Shown here: positions 53,753-62,875 of the stretch, in pieces
Layout: the number at the start of each line of letters is the position of its first letter
Position numbering within the stretch: position 1 is the first letter of the stretch
Source of the DNA: Lachnospiraceae bacterium
GTDB taxonomy: Bacteria > Bacillota > Clostridia > Lachnospirales > Lachnospiraceae
NCBI GenBank assembly: GCA_024698885.1
Contig: JAILQQ010000054.1
Span: 619-64,618 of the forward strand
DNA: 64,000 nucleotides
Reading direction: 5' to 3'
Notes under the pieces: generated by a model
What the model was told of the DNA's origin: nothing
Database searches by the model: none
Seen by the model: the letters and a program-made list of their open reading frames with translations, nothing else
Position numbers and translations under genes: made by a program

Positions 53753-54538
53753 CTATCCTCTTTCCGTCAGTCCTTTCCGGTATTCCACCGGTGAAAGCCC
53801 CGTCTCCTTTTTAAAGGCAGCGCTGAAATAATGCTGGGAGGAATAGCCGCAGTTCTCCGCGATCTCATAGATCAGATTGCTTTCATCCTTTAACATCTCC
53901 GCGGTTTTTTTCAGTCTCAGCCGCTGGAGATATCCCTGGAAGGTATCGCCGGTCTCCTCGCGAAAAGTCTTGCTGAGATAGGGTGGGGAAACATGAAGGT
54001 ACTCCGCCGTTTCGTTCAGCGAAAACGCAGGGTCGGAGAAATGCTCTTCCATATAGGAAAGCGCTGTCTTGATCTTCTCGGAATACAGCTGCCGGTTTTC
54101 TTCTATCGTTTTCAGTCCCTGCTTTGTCTCCCCTCCCCAGCTTAGCAGCTGATCCGTCCGCTTCTTCGCATGCAGGAATTCCCGGAGTTTCTGAAGGGTC
54201 TCCATAAAATCCTGTTCCTTTACCGGCTTTAAAAGATAGTCCCGGACGGAAAGCCGCAGCGCCTGCTGCGCATAGGCAAAATCATCATAACCGGTCACGA
54301 TGACCATGCAGGTATCCGGACAGATCTTCCGCACACGTTCGATAAATTCCAGGCCGTTCACAAAGGGCATGTTGATGTCCACAAAGCATACGTCAGGGTT
54401 TGTTTCCTTTACTGCCTCAAGGGCCTCCTGCCCGTCCTCGCAGAGCGCCGTCACGGTAAAGTCCTCCTCCCTGTCCACAAAGCTCTTTAAGCCCCTGCGG
54501 ATTATCGCCTCGTCGTCAGCAATCAGCACACTATACAT
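53753..54538 (-). CDS. Response regulator, REC plus AraC-type HTH (YesN-like)
   Basis: MYSVLIADDEAIIRRGL start at 54538. The phospho-acceptor region is DVCFVDINMP. The C-terminus GYSSQHYFSAAFKKETGLSPVEYR is an AraC HTH. Confidence 0.9.
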   Translation of the reverse strand: MYSVLIADDEAIIRRGLKSFVDREEDFTVTALCEDGQEALEAVKETNPDVCFVDINMPFVNGLEFIERVRKICPDTCMVIVTGYDDFAYAQQALRLSVRDYLLKPVKEQDFMETLQKLREFLHAKKRTDQLLSWGGETKQGLKTIEENRQLYSEKIKTALSYMEEHFSDPAFSLNETAEYLHVSPPYLSKTFREETGDTFQGYLQRLRLKKTAEMLKDESNLIYEIAENCGYSSQHYFSAAFKKETGLSPVEYRKGLTERG

Positions 54539-56279
54539 ATTCCGCCTCCTTTTCCTTAAGCCGTATGATAACCTCGGTAAAAGCCCCTTCCACACTTTCG
54601 ATCCGGAACCTGAAGTCATCTCCGGCATAAAGTCTGAGCCTTTCGATCACGTAGGTCATACCGAAGCTGCCTGCGCTTCCGCTTTCGATCGCTTCGATAT
54701 CCTTTCGCAGCGCCGCAAGCTTCTCCCGTGACATGCCCGCTCCCGTATCGTACACGCTTAAGGTCAGTTCACTTCCCTGTTTTTCGGCCGTGATCCGGAT
54801 CCGCCCGCCGCCCTTCTTCAGCTTGATCCCGTGATAGATCGCATTCTCCACAAGGGGCTGCAGGATCAGCTTCGGAATGACCATGTCAAGGCAGTCCTCC
54901 TTTACGTCGATCTCGTAGGAAAGCCTGTTCTCATAGCGGACGCTCTGGATATACAGGTAATTGGTCACATGCCCGATCTCTTCCTTGACCGTGATAAAAT
55001 CCTTCCCCTGCGACAGGCCCAGACGGAACATGTTGGTAAGCGCCTCCACCATTTTGACGATGTCCTCCGCCTGATGCTCCCTGGCCATCCAGTTGATCGT
55101 GTCCAGGGTGTTGTAGAGAAAATGCGGCTTGATCTGTTCCTGTAAGCTTTTGAGCCTGGCCTGGAGCGTCCGCTGCTTTTCCGTCTGTATCTCTTCCACC
55201 ATTACGTTCATCCGGTCCAGCATATGGTCAAAGGATTTTCCCAGGGAACCGATCTCGTCCTGATATTTCAGATCAGCGCGGACCGACAGATCCCCCTGCT
55301 CCACAAGGCGCATTTTTTCTGTCAGCTTCTGGATCGGCTTCGTAAAGGAATCCGCCAGCCGGATATAGATAAAGATCGATGCCGCAAGCAGCCCCGCGGT
55401 GATAACGCCCAGCACGATATAAAGCCGCAAAACATTTTTCTTCTGGGTATACAGGGATGTTACGCTGATGAAATGCCAGTCCGTGCTCTTGCTGTCATAG
55501 GCGCTCACCATATATTCGCTGTCTCCGATCCGGACGCGGTCCTGCTCACCGTTTGCAAGGCTTAAGCATCTGTCATCCAACCGGTACGTAACGGGATTGA
55601 CCGGCGTGTAAACAATTTCGCCGTTCTCATCCGCCACGAATACGAAGCTGTCAGGCGACAGGGCGACGGACTCGATCAGGGACTGAAAGACATCCTTTTT
55701 GATGTCGATCATGATGACAGCCCGTATGCCGTTGATCCTTCCGGTTCCGAGAACGGAAAAAACCTGATCGGCACTATAGGCTTCATTGGTAATGATAACT
55801 TTACTTTCTGAAGCGTTTAATACCGTCAGGCCATCCGGGTTCTGAAGCGCTGCCTGAAACCATTTTTCCCCCGTAACGGGATCTCTCGAGATCCGTTTCA
55901 TCCCGGTTCCGATAAACCGGTCGGATTCATCCGCAAGCGCCAGTCCGACGATCTCGGGAGAAGCATCCATGATCTCCTCCTGTCTCTTGATCATCAAAGC
56001 CTCCGCGTTCGCAAAATCCGCCTCCTGCTCCATGGTGCCGAGCAGGTAGGCCATCAGCTCGTGATAGACGTCGATGTAAACATCCATCGCTTCACCGACC
56101 TGGCTGGCCGACCTGGCCGCAAACTCAGCCATGTTATCCGTCATATCCTTCGTCAGCTGACCGGTGACGACGACCGAAAGGATCAGAAGGGGAATGACCG
56201 TTAACAGACAGTAATTCAGGATCAGCTTGTTTCTGAGCTTCATGCAGCGGAGGCGATCACGGAATCTTTGTATTATCAT
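54531..56279 (-). CDS. Sensor histidine kinase (YesM/LytS-type, HAMP plus His_kinase plus HATPase)
   Basis: Two TM segments flank a ~260-aa extracellular domain. HAMP is present. The H-box is KPHFLYNTLDTI, and the ATPase motifs are VENAIYHG and DTGAGM. The start ATG directly abuts the upstream TAG. Confidence 0.9.
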   Translation of the reverse strand: MIIQRFRDRLRCMKLRNKLILNYCLLTVIPLLILSVVVTGQLTKDMTDNMAEFAARSASQVGEAMDVYIDVYHELMAYLLGTMEQEADFANAEALMIKRQEEIMDASPEIVGLALADESDRFIGTGMKRISRDPVTGEKWFQAALQNPDGLTVLNASESKVIITNEAYSADQVFSVLGTGRINGIRAVIMIDIKKDVFQSLIESVALSPDSFVFVADENGEIVYTPVNPVTYRLDDRCLSLANGEQDRVRIGDSEYMVSAYDSKSTDWHFISVTSLYTQKKNVLRLYIVLGVITAGLLAASIFIYIRLADSFTKPIQKLTEKMRLVEQGDLSVRADLKYQDEIGSLGKSFDHMLDRMNVMVEEIQTEKQRTLQARLKSLQEQIKPHFLYNTLDTINWMAREHQAEDIVKMVEALTNMFRLGLSQGKDFITVKEEIGHVTNYLYIQSVRYENRLSYEIDVKEDCLDMVIPKLILQPLVENAIYHGIKLKKGGGRIRITAEKQGSELTLSVYDTGAGMSREKLAALRKDIEAIESGSAGSFGMTYVIERLRLYAGDDFRFRIESVEGAFTEVIIRLKEKEAEYV

Positions 56280-57269
56280 CTATCCTTTTCCTTTTTGTTT
56301 ATCCGCCCTGATCGAAATGAACCTCTGTAATATGATGAACAGGCAGAGCAGAGCGGCGATCGTTACTCTTGTCCACCAGGCGTTCAGATTCTGATAGGTG
56401 ACGATCGTCTGGATAACGCCCTGTATCAATACCCCGACCACGGAGCCCAGAACGTTGCCGACACCGCCGGTCAGCAGGGTTCCGCCGATCACCGCCGAGG
56501 AAATGGCGTCCAGTTCCATTCCCATATTCTGAAGGGAATAGCCCGCAAGCGTATAAAAGCTGAAAATGATCCCGCCCAGGGCTGCGCAGAAGCTTGAGAT
56601 CATATATACGCCGATCTTAACCCATTTCACGTTAAGGCCCATATAGCCGGCGCTCAGCTCATTGCTGCCGATCGCATAAACCGTTCTTCCGAAACGAGTA
56701 TACTTTAAAATATAGTATGCCAGAAAAACGATACAAAGCGCAAGGAAAACATATATATACAGCTTGGCGTTTGTCCGCCCGAACTTAAAGCTGATCTTGT
56801 TCAGGGCCGCCTCCTTGTAAAACGCGTTGTCGATGGGGATGGAGATCGTACTGACAACGGCGCACATGCCACGCAGCAGGAACTGGGAAGCTAACGTGAT
56901 GATAAACGGCTGGATCCGGTATTCCTGCACGCAGTAGCCGATCAGAAAGCCGTTGAAGAGACCGACCGCAAGGACCAGGGGGATCACAATGACGGCGGAC
57001 CATCCCTTCTCAAGCAGATAAGCGGAAAACACGCAGGTAAACGCGACCACAGAGGAAACCGAGATATCGATCCCTCCCGTCAGCAGCACAAAGGTGATGC
57101 CCACGGCCACGACGATCAGATACGCGTTATCGTTGAAAAGGTTCAAAAAGGTCGCTGCGCTCCCGAAATGGTCGTAAACTGCCGAGCCTGCGATAAACAT
57201 GCATACAAAAAGGATGCAGGCAATGATAAGGGAAATATTTTCAATTTTTAAACTCTTCCTTGTTTTCAT
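56280..57269 (-). CDS. Sugar ABC transporter permease (YjfF-like)
   Basis: MKTRKSLKIENISLIIA start at 57269. ATGA overlap with the upstream gene. RbsC-type polytopic protein. Confidence 0.88.
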   Translation of the reverse strand: MKTRKSLKIENISLIIACILFVCMFIAGSAVYDHFGSAATFLNLFNDNAYLIVVAVGITFVLLTGGIDISVSSVVAFTCVFSAYLLEKGWSAVIVIPLVLAVGLFNGFLIGYCVQEYRIQPFIITLASQFLLRGMCAVVSTISIPIDNAFYKEAALNKISFKFGRTNAKLYIYVFLALCIVFLAYYILKYTRFGRTVYAIGSNELSAGYMGLNVKWVKIGVYMISSFCAALGGIIFSFYTLAGYSLQNMGMELDAISSAVIGGTLLTGGVGNVLGSVVGVLIQGVIQTIVTYQNLNAWWTRVTIAALLCLFIILQRFISIRADKQKGKG

Positions 57270-58297
57270 ACTGCCGGCGCCTCCTTTTTCCCTGCTTTGC
57301 CGATACGGATCTTCTTCACCTGCGTCAGAAAGGCCTGGGACTGGATCAGGCATACCACGATAACGATAACGGCTTTGGCGACTCTCGTCAGTTCCGGCGC
57401 GACTCCGAAGGCGTATATCGTCGTTGAGATCGTCTGGACGATCAGCGCGCCGATCACGCTGGAAATAATGGAGAAACGGCCGCCGGCCAGGGAAGTCCCC
57501 CCGATCGCCACAGCTAAGATCCCGTCCATTTCGATCATCAAACCGCAGTTATTGCAGTCCGCTCCCTTGATCCCCGCACTTTCAATGAGTCCCGCAAGAG
57601 CCGCGGTAATCCCGCAGAGGATATAGATGATCCACAGGTTTCTTTCTACCTTTATGCCTGCCAGGCGGCTGGAGCCCGGGTTCACGCCGATAGCCTCCAC
57701 CTGGATCCCGAAGGCGGTGGATCTTGTCAGAAGAAGAAACAGGATCACCACGCCCACCGCTATGAACATGGGCACAGGAAGGCCCAGAATATAACCGCCG
57801 CTGATATTGTAGTAGGCTTCGGAGGTGATCGTCACGATCTTGCCGTCCGCGATCAGCTGGGCTATGCCCCGTCCCGCTGTCAGAAGGATCATGGTCGCCA
57901 CCATCGGCTGCACCTTAAGCTTTGCGATCATAAAGCCGTTCCAGGCCCCGCAGAGCGCCCCCGCCAAAAGAGCGATCAGCACCGCCACGAAAACGTTTCC
58001 GTTCAGTCCCCCTAAGATCCTGCCGTCCACGATGGAGCAGGCGATGGCCCCGGCGATCGCCATGACGGAGCCGACGGAAATATCGGTTCCCCCGGTGCCA
58101 AGCGCCATCGTCATCCCGGCTGCGAGGATCGCGTACCGGCTGCCGTTTCGCAGAATATCGATCAGGCGACCGTAAAAGTGGCCCTCGACGATTGTGATCT
58201 TAAAAAAATCCCCTCCGGATATCACGCCGCAGATCAGGATGATCGCGACAAGGACGCAGAAGGGTTTGAATTCCATTTTCTGTGTCAGCTTTTTCAT
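57266..58297 (-). CDS. Sugar ABC transporter permease (YtfT-like)
   Basis: 343-aa RbsC-type permease. It overlaps the end of the ATPase gene by 4 nt. Confidence 0.88.
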   Translation of the reverse strand: MKKLTQKMEFKPFCVLVAIILICGVISGGDFFKITIVEGHFYGRLIDILRNGSRYAILAAGMTMALGTGGTDISVGSVMAIAGAIACSIVDGRILGGLNGNVFVAVLIALLAGALCGAWNGFMIAKLKVQPMVATMILLTAGRGIAQLIADGKIVTITSEAYYNISGGYILGLPVPMFIAVGVVILFLLLTRSTAFGIQVEAIGVNPGSSRLAGIKVERNLWIIYILCGITAALAGLIESAGIKGADCNNCGLMIEMDGILAVAIGGTSLAGGRFSIISSVIGALIVQTISTTIYAFGVAPELTRVAKAVIVIVVCLIQSQAFLTQVKKIRIGKAGKKEAPAV

Positions 58298-59796
58298 ACG
58301 TTCTCCTCCCCGGCGATCAGCCGCATGATCGCGCTCTGGCTGATCTCTTCTCCGTACAGCTCTCCGACGATCTTTTTATTCCGAAGAACAAACATTTTAC
58401 TGCAGCAGCGCTCCATTTCCTCAAGCTCCGAGGAGATAAAGACACAGCTCATGCCCTTTTTCGCAAGCTCTACCACGATCTTCTGGATCTCAGCCTTTGC
58501 GCCCACATCGATCCCTCTCGTCGGTTCGTCTAAGATCAGAAGCTTCGGATCCGTCGCAAGCCATCTGGCTAACAGCACCTTCTGCTGATTTCCGCCGGAA
58601 AGATTTTTGATCTTCTGGTCCGCGGAGGGCGTCTTGATCGCCAGCTCCTTAATGAGCCTCTCCGCGATCTCGTCCGCTTCCTTTCTGGATATCTTATGCA
58701 GCACCCCGCGTTTGCTCTGCAGGGCGATCACGATGTTTTCGCGGATCGTCAGGTCGCCTACGATCCCCTCCTTCTTTCTGTCTTCCGGGCAGAAGGCGAT
58801 ATCGTGAAGGATCGCGTCCAGGGGATTCCGGATGCTTTCTTCCTTTCCTTCCATCACTGTCCTTCCGGACGTCATTCTGTCCGCGCCGAAAATGAGTCTC
58901 GCGGTCTCGCTTCTTCCCGATCCCAGTAATCCCGAGAAACCCGTCACCTCGCCCCTTCCGATGGAAAGGCTGATATCCGTGATGGCGCCGGTGGTTCCAT
59001 TTTCGATCCGAAGTAACTCCTCTACGTTCTCCCTGTCTCCGGAAAGCTTCGGGATCGCCTCTAACGATTCGTAATCCTTACCGATCATCTTTCCGACAAG
59101 CTCTATCATCGGCAGCTTATCGGCATCATATGTCCCGATATAGGTACCGTTTCGCAGCACCGTGATACGGTCGGAGACCTCGTAGACCTGGTCGAGAAAA
59201 TGTGTGACAAAAATGATACCCATTCCCCGCTCCCGCAGCATCCGCATGATGTCAAACAGCCTTTTGACCTCCTGCGCGGAAAGACTGGAGGTCGGCTCGT
59301 CCAGGATCAGGACCTTGGCCTTAACGTCCACGGCCCTTGCGATCGCGATCATCTGCTGCACTGCCACGGAATAGTTATCAAGCCTCTCCTCCACATTGAT
59401 CGAAAGGCCGAAATCCTTTAACAGCTCCCTTGTTTTTTCATGGATGCGCTTCCAGTCGATGCGCATTCCCTTTCTGAGCTCTCTTCCGATAAAAACATTT
59501 TCCGCCACCGACAGATCCGGACAGAGATTCACCTCCTGATACACTGTGCTGATCCCGGCGTTCTGGGCGTCAACAGGGCGTTTCGGAGAGATCTCCTTTC
59601 CGTCCATCTCGATCGTCCCGGCATTTTTACTCTCTACCCCGGTAAGCACCTTGATCAGCGTCGACTTGCCCGCGCCGTTTTCGCCCAAAAGAGCATGTAT
59701 CTCACCGGCCCTTAAGGAAAAAGCCACATCATTCAGGGCTTTTACACCGGGATATTCCTTATAGATGTGCTCCATCCTTAATATCGTATTTTCCAT
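58294..59796 (-). CDS. Sugar ABC transporter ATP-binding protein with duplicated ATPase domains (YtfR/RbsA-like)
   Basis: The MENTILRMEHIYKEY start at 59796 follows GAAGGGAG. Walker A sites GENGAGKST and GLLGSGRSE, and the signature LSGGNQQK, are present. The ORF-track start at 59889 reads through a repeat. Confidence 0.92.
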   Translation of the reverse strand: MENTILRMEHIYKEYPGVKALNDVAFSLRAGEIHALLGENGAGKSTLIKVLTGVESKNAGTIEMDGKEISPKRPVDAQNAGISTVYQEVNLCPDLSVAENVFIGRELRKGMRIDWKRIHEKTRELLKDFGLSINVEERLDNYSVAVQQMIAIARAVDVKAKVLILDEPTSSLSAQEVKRLFDIMRMLRERGMGIIFVTHFLDQVYEVSDRITVLRNGTYIGTYDADKLPMIELVGKMIGKDYESLEAIPKLSGDRENVEELLRIENGTTGAITDISLSIGRGEVTGFSGLLGSGRSETARLIFGADRMTSGRTVMEGKEESIRNPLDAILHDIAFCPEDRKKEGIVGDLTIRENIVIALQSKRGVLHKISRKEADEIAERLIKELAIKTPSADQKIKNLSGGNQQKVLLARWLATDPKLLILDEPTRGIDVGAKAEIQKIVVELAKKGMSCVFISSELEEMERCCSKMFVLRNKKIVGELYGEEISQSAIMRLIAGEENV

Positions 59797-59844
59797 ATGT
59801 GCTCCCTTCGTAAAACCGGAAACTCCGGCTTCCAACGGACCGAA

Positions 59845-59884
59845 TCTGCGCCGATTTGCGTAAGCAGATCGTGTGCTCGTTTCC
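59845..59884 (-). repeat. Intergenic hairpin repeat (H1-type, imperfect) nested inside an 11-bp outer stem
   Basis: TCTGCGCCGATTTGCGTAAGCAGATCGTGTGCTCGTTTCC. It is enclosed by AACTCCGGCTT (59821..59831) and AAGCCGGAGTT (59896..59906). Confidence 0.7.
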
Positions 59885-59916
59885 TTCATCCGCGAAAGCC
59901 GGAGTTCAGTGTCATC

Positions 59917-60927
59917 TTAGTAGGTACGGTTCGGGAGTTCAGCCGCGGCGTCTTCCTGTGTAAATACACCGTCGTTGGAAACGATCCACTTGTCAACCGT
60001 CTCGCCGGCCTTCAGCTTTGCCGCCGTATCGAAGATCTGCTCTGCCAGGCAGGGATTGCACTCTACGGTTCCGTTCATCTCACCGGCTACCATTGCCTCG
60101 AAGGCACCCTTTACACCGTCGCAGCCAACGATCTTGATATCCTCGCCGGGCTTCTTGCCGGCTTCCTTGATCGCCTCGATGGCACCGAGAGCCATATCGT
60201 CATTATGGGCAAATACCGCGTCGATATCGTCATAGGACTTTAAGAAGGACTCCATGACCTCTTTGCCGAGGGCTCTGGTGAAGTCACCGGTCTGAGAAGC
60301 GATGATCTCGATATCCGGATATTTCTCCGCCAGCTCGCCGTCAAAGCCTTCCTTACGCTCATTCGCTGCCGAAGCGCCGACGGTTCCTTCAAGCTCTACG
60401 ACCTTGCCGCTTCCGCCCAGAAGATCGCCTACGATATCAGCAGCCTGCTGGCCTTCCCAGATGAAGTCGGAGGAGATCTGTGTATCATAGAGATCCGCAC
60501 AGGACTCGTCCACGCCTCTGTCTACCAGAATGACCGGGATCCCGGCTTCCTTACACTCGGTCAGCACTGCTTCCCAGCCTGTCTCCACCACCGGCGGGAA
60601 CGCGATCACATCCACGCCCATCTCGATGTAGTTCCGGATCGCCTTGATCTGGTTCTCCTGCTTCTGCTGCGCATCCGCAAATACCAGGTCGATGGTGTCC
60701 GTATGCTGTGCCGCGTACCACTGGATATCGTTGGTCTCTCCGTCACGCCAGCCGGATTCCTGTCCGATCTGCGCAAATCCTACCACCAGCTTGTCATTGG
60801 CGGGCTTTGCAGCCTCTGCCGCCGGTGCCGTCCCTGTGGTCTGGGCCGGATAGCCGGCGTAGCAGCCCGTTAAAAGAGCACTTCCCATTGCCGCGATCAA
60901 AGTAAACGCAAGTAACCTTTTTTTCAT
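59917..60927 (-). CDS. Sugar ABC transporter substrate-binding lipoprotein (YtfQ/RbsB-like)
   Basis: MKKRLLAFTLIAAMGSALLTGC carries a lipobox and follows AAAGGAGG. PBP1 fold pattern. Confidence 0.88.
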   Translation of the reverse strand: MKKRLLAFTLIAAMGSALLTGCYAGYPAQTTGTAPAAEAAKPANDKLVVGFAQIGQESGWRDGETNDIQWYAAQHTDTIDLVFADAQQKQENQIKAIRNYIEMGVDVIAFPPVVETGWEAVLTECKEAGIPVILVDRGVDESCADLYDTQISSDFIWEGQQAADIVGDLLGGSGKVVELEGTVGASAANERKEGFDGELAEKYPDIEIIASQTGDFTRALGKEVMESFLKSYDDIDAVFAHNDDMALGAIEAIKEAGKKPGEDIKIVGCDGVKGAFEAMVAGEMNGTVECNPCLAEQIFDTAAKLKAGETVDKWIVSNDGVFTQEDAAAELPNRTY

Positions 60928-61047
60928 TTTGAATAATCCTCCTTTAAAATGCGTTTTCGGTAACAACAACTGTTAAACGAAGTATAAGCTTTCATCCCGG
61001 CCCCGTCTTTACGCTCAGATAATCAATACTTACGATTTTTTAACATC

Positions 61048-61083
61048 AAAAAAGGGACGGGTCCCTCAATCGAGACCCGTCCC
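61048..61083 (-). terminator. Rho-independent terminator of the lipoprotein gene
   Basis: The minus strand reads GGGACGGGTC-TCGATTGAGG-GACCCGTCCC followed by TTTTTT. Confidence 0.85.
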
Positions 61084-61099
61084 TGACCGCTTCCGCTTA

Positions 61100-62221
61100 T
61101 CAGCCGGCTGCCGCGGAAAACTCCGAAAGAGGCGTATAGTCAAAACGCATATAGTCCTGGAAGCGTGACAGGAATTCCGTAAACTCTTCCTCCGGTACGC
61201 TCTCCCAGGTCTCTCCGTTATCATAGGAAATAAACCAGGGTGCGTCCTCATTTTCATATTCGTCGACCTTGAAGCTCACCTGCGGAAGGATTTCCGTGGT
61301 GTTCGGCTCTATGTCAAAGACATCCCAGCCGCTCATGGCCGCGCCGCCCGAATACTCATTGATGACCATCCCGGACTTAAGCGCGTAATATCTGCTTCTG
61401 TCCCAGCCGCTTAAAACATGCGCCGGCTCTCTGTCGACCATCGTATAGATATCATAGACAACGCCCTTCCAGTCGCCGTCAGCGATCTCGCCGACTAACA
61501 GCTCGTCGACCCCGTCATGATTGGTATCATAAAAAGCATAGCCCACACTGTCGAGCACATCCCCGTCCGAAGCGGTGCTCATGGCATAGTACATGGAGCT
61601 CATACCCTCTTCCTCGAGGCGGTTCGCGTCATACCCTTCCGTGATCGCGGTAACTAATTCTGCAAGAACCTCGGGATACAGATCTTCTCCCTTTGTTCCG
61701 CCGCCCCAAACGAAAGTGCCTTTTCCGTCTGCGCCCGCAACCGTCTTTGCAACGTCCTCCATACTGTCTGTCAGAAGCAGATAGTTCTGCGGCACATCCT
61801 CGTATTTGGTATAGTCGTACTGGATATCCGAAGGGTACTGCACCACGATATCATAAAGGGTTCCGTCCCCGTCCGTGAATTCCCCCACCTTCATATCCAT
61901 GCCGCCGGCGTACTCCGACGGTTCTTTGTAAGCAGCGATGCCAAACGCGTATCCGCCGTAGCCGGCCTCATTTGCTTCCTTTTCATAGATCGTGATCCCG
62001 TCGTCAGTCGTTTCCGCAACGAACAATCCCGCCGCTTCAGGCGGCAGAGTAACAGAGAACAGGCCGTTTGAAACAGTAAGCGTGTCATCCGCTTCCTGCG
62101 TCTGTGCCGCAGCTTCTCCCGTCCCCGCTTCGGCCGCTGCCTGCGGAAGATTATAATAGCATCCGCTCAGGCAGGACATTATCAAAAGCGATGCTGCTAA
62201 CATGATCCCTTGTTTTTTCAT
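61100..62221 (-). CDS. Hypothetical lipoprotein
   Basis: MKKQGIMLAASLLIMSCLSGC carries a lipobox. 373 aa, with no motif I recognise. Confidence 0.7.
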   Translation of the reverse strand: MKKQGIMLAASLLIMSCLSGCYYNLPQAAAEAGTGEAAAQTQEADDTLTVSNGLFSVTLPPEAAGLFVAETTDDGITIYEKEANEAGYGGYAFGIAAYKEPSEYAGGMDMKVGEFTDGDGTLYDIVVQYPSDIQYDYTKYEDVPQNYLLLTDSMEDVAKTVAGADGKGTFVWGGGTKGEDLYPEVLAELVTAITEGYDANRLEEEGMSSMYYAMSTASDGDVLDSVGYAFYDTNHDGVDELLVGEIADGDWKGVVYDIYTMVDREPAHVLSGWDRSRYYALKSGMVINEYSGGAAMSGWDVFDIEPNTTEILPQVSFKVDEYENEDAPWFISYDNGETWESVPEEEFTEFLSRFQDYMRFDYTPLSEFSAAAG

Positions 62222-62252
62222 CTCTTCCGTTTCCTCCTTTTTCTTCCGTTAT

Positions 62253-62756
62253 TCAGATCACTTCGATCTGACAGCTCCTCATTACCTCAAGCGCCGCGTT
62301 ATGCTTATCCGGCGTAACGCCCGCGCAGCAGGAGGAATCCACGATGATCGGGATCTCCCGGTTAGCCGCCTTTATGATCAGCGCGTTCGAAACAACGCAG
62401 ATATCCGTGCACAGGCCCACTAACTCAATACTCTCTATATCGCCCATTTCAGAGATCGCCTCCGCCAGGGCGATGCTGCCGAAGGTCCTCTTGCGCCATT
62501 TGGTCCTGATAAACGGCTTTAACTCCTTCCTTATCTGCCAGCCTTCGGTTTCCTCAATACAGTGCCTGACCGGAAGCTTCCTTCCCTCCTGCGTCTGTTC
62601 ATAATTCTCCCCGTGGGTATCCTGGGTAAAGATCACTTCACCGTCAAAATTTCTTACCTTTTCGACCACCTTCGGAACAATCGCCTCCGCCTCCTTTGTT
62701 CCGAGGCTTCCGTCAATGAAGTCATTCTGCATGTCGATCACGATCAAAAGCTTCAT
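62253..62756 (-). CDS. pncA: Isochorismatase-family hydrolase (nicotinamidase/pyrazinamidase-like)
   Basis: The VIDMQNDF motif and the catalytic cysteine context GLCTDICV. Confidence 0.8.
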   Translation of the reverse strand: MKLLIVIDMQNDFIDGSLGTKEAEAIVPKVVEKVRNFDGEVIFTQDTHGENYEQTQEGRKLPVRHCIEETEGWQIRKELKPFIRTKWRKRTFGSIALAEAISEMGDIESIELVGLCTDICVVSNALIIKAANREIPIIVDSSCCAGVTPDKHNAALEVMRSCQIEVI

Positions 62757-62833
62757 GATTCCGCCCTCCCTTCAAAAGCTGAGTCGATTATACCACAGGA
62801 TCAAATCCCCGTCCAATTCCGCCGGTTTCAGCC

Positions 62834-62863
62834 AAAAAAATCCGGTCTGTTTTCAGACCGGAT
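62834..62863 (-). terminator. Rho-independent terminator of the symporter gene (H3-type hairpin sequence)
   Basis: The minus strand reads ATCCGGTCTG-AAAA-CAGACCGGAT followed by TTTTTTT. Confidence 0.8.
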
Positions 62864-62875
62864 CTTCTCCTCAGA

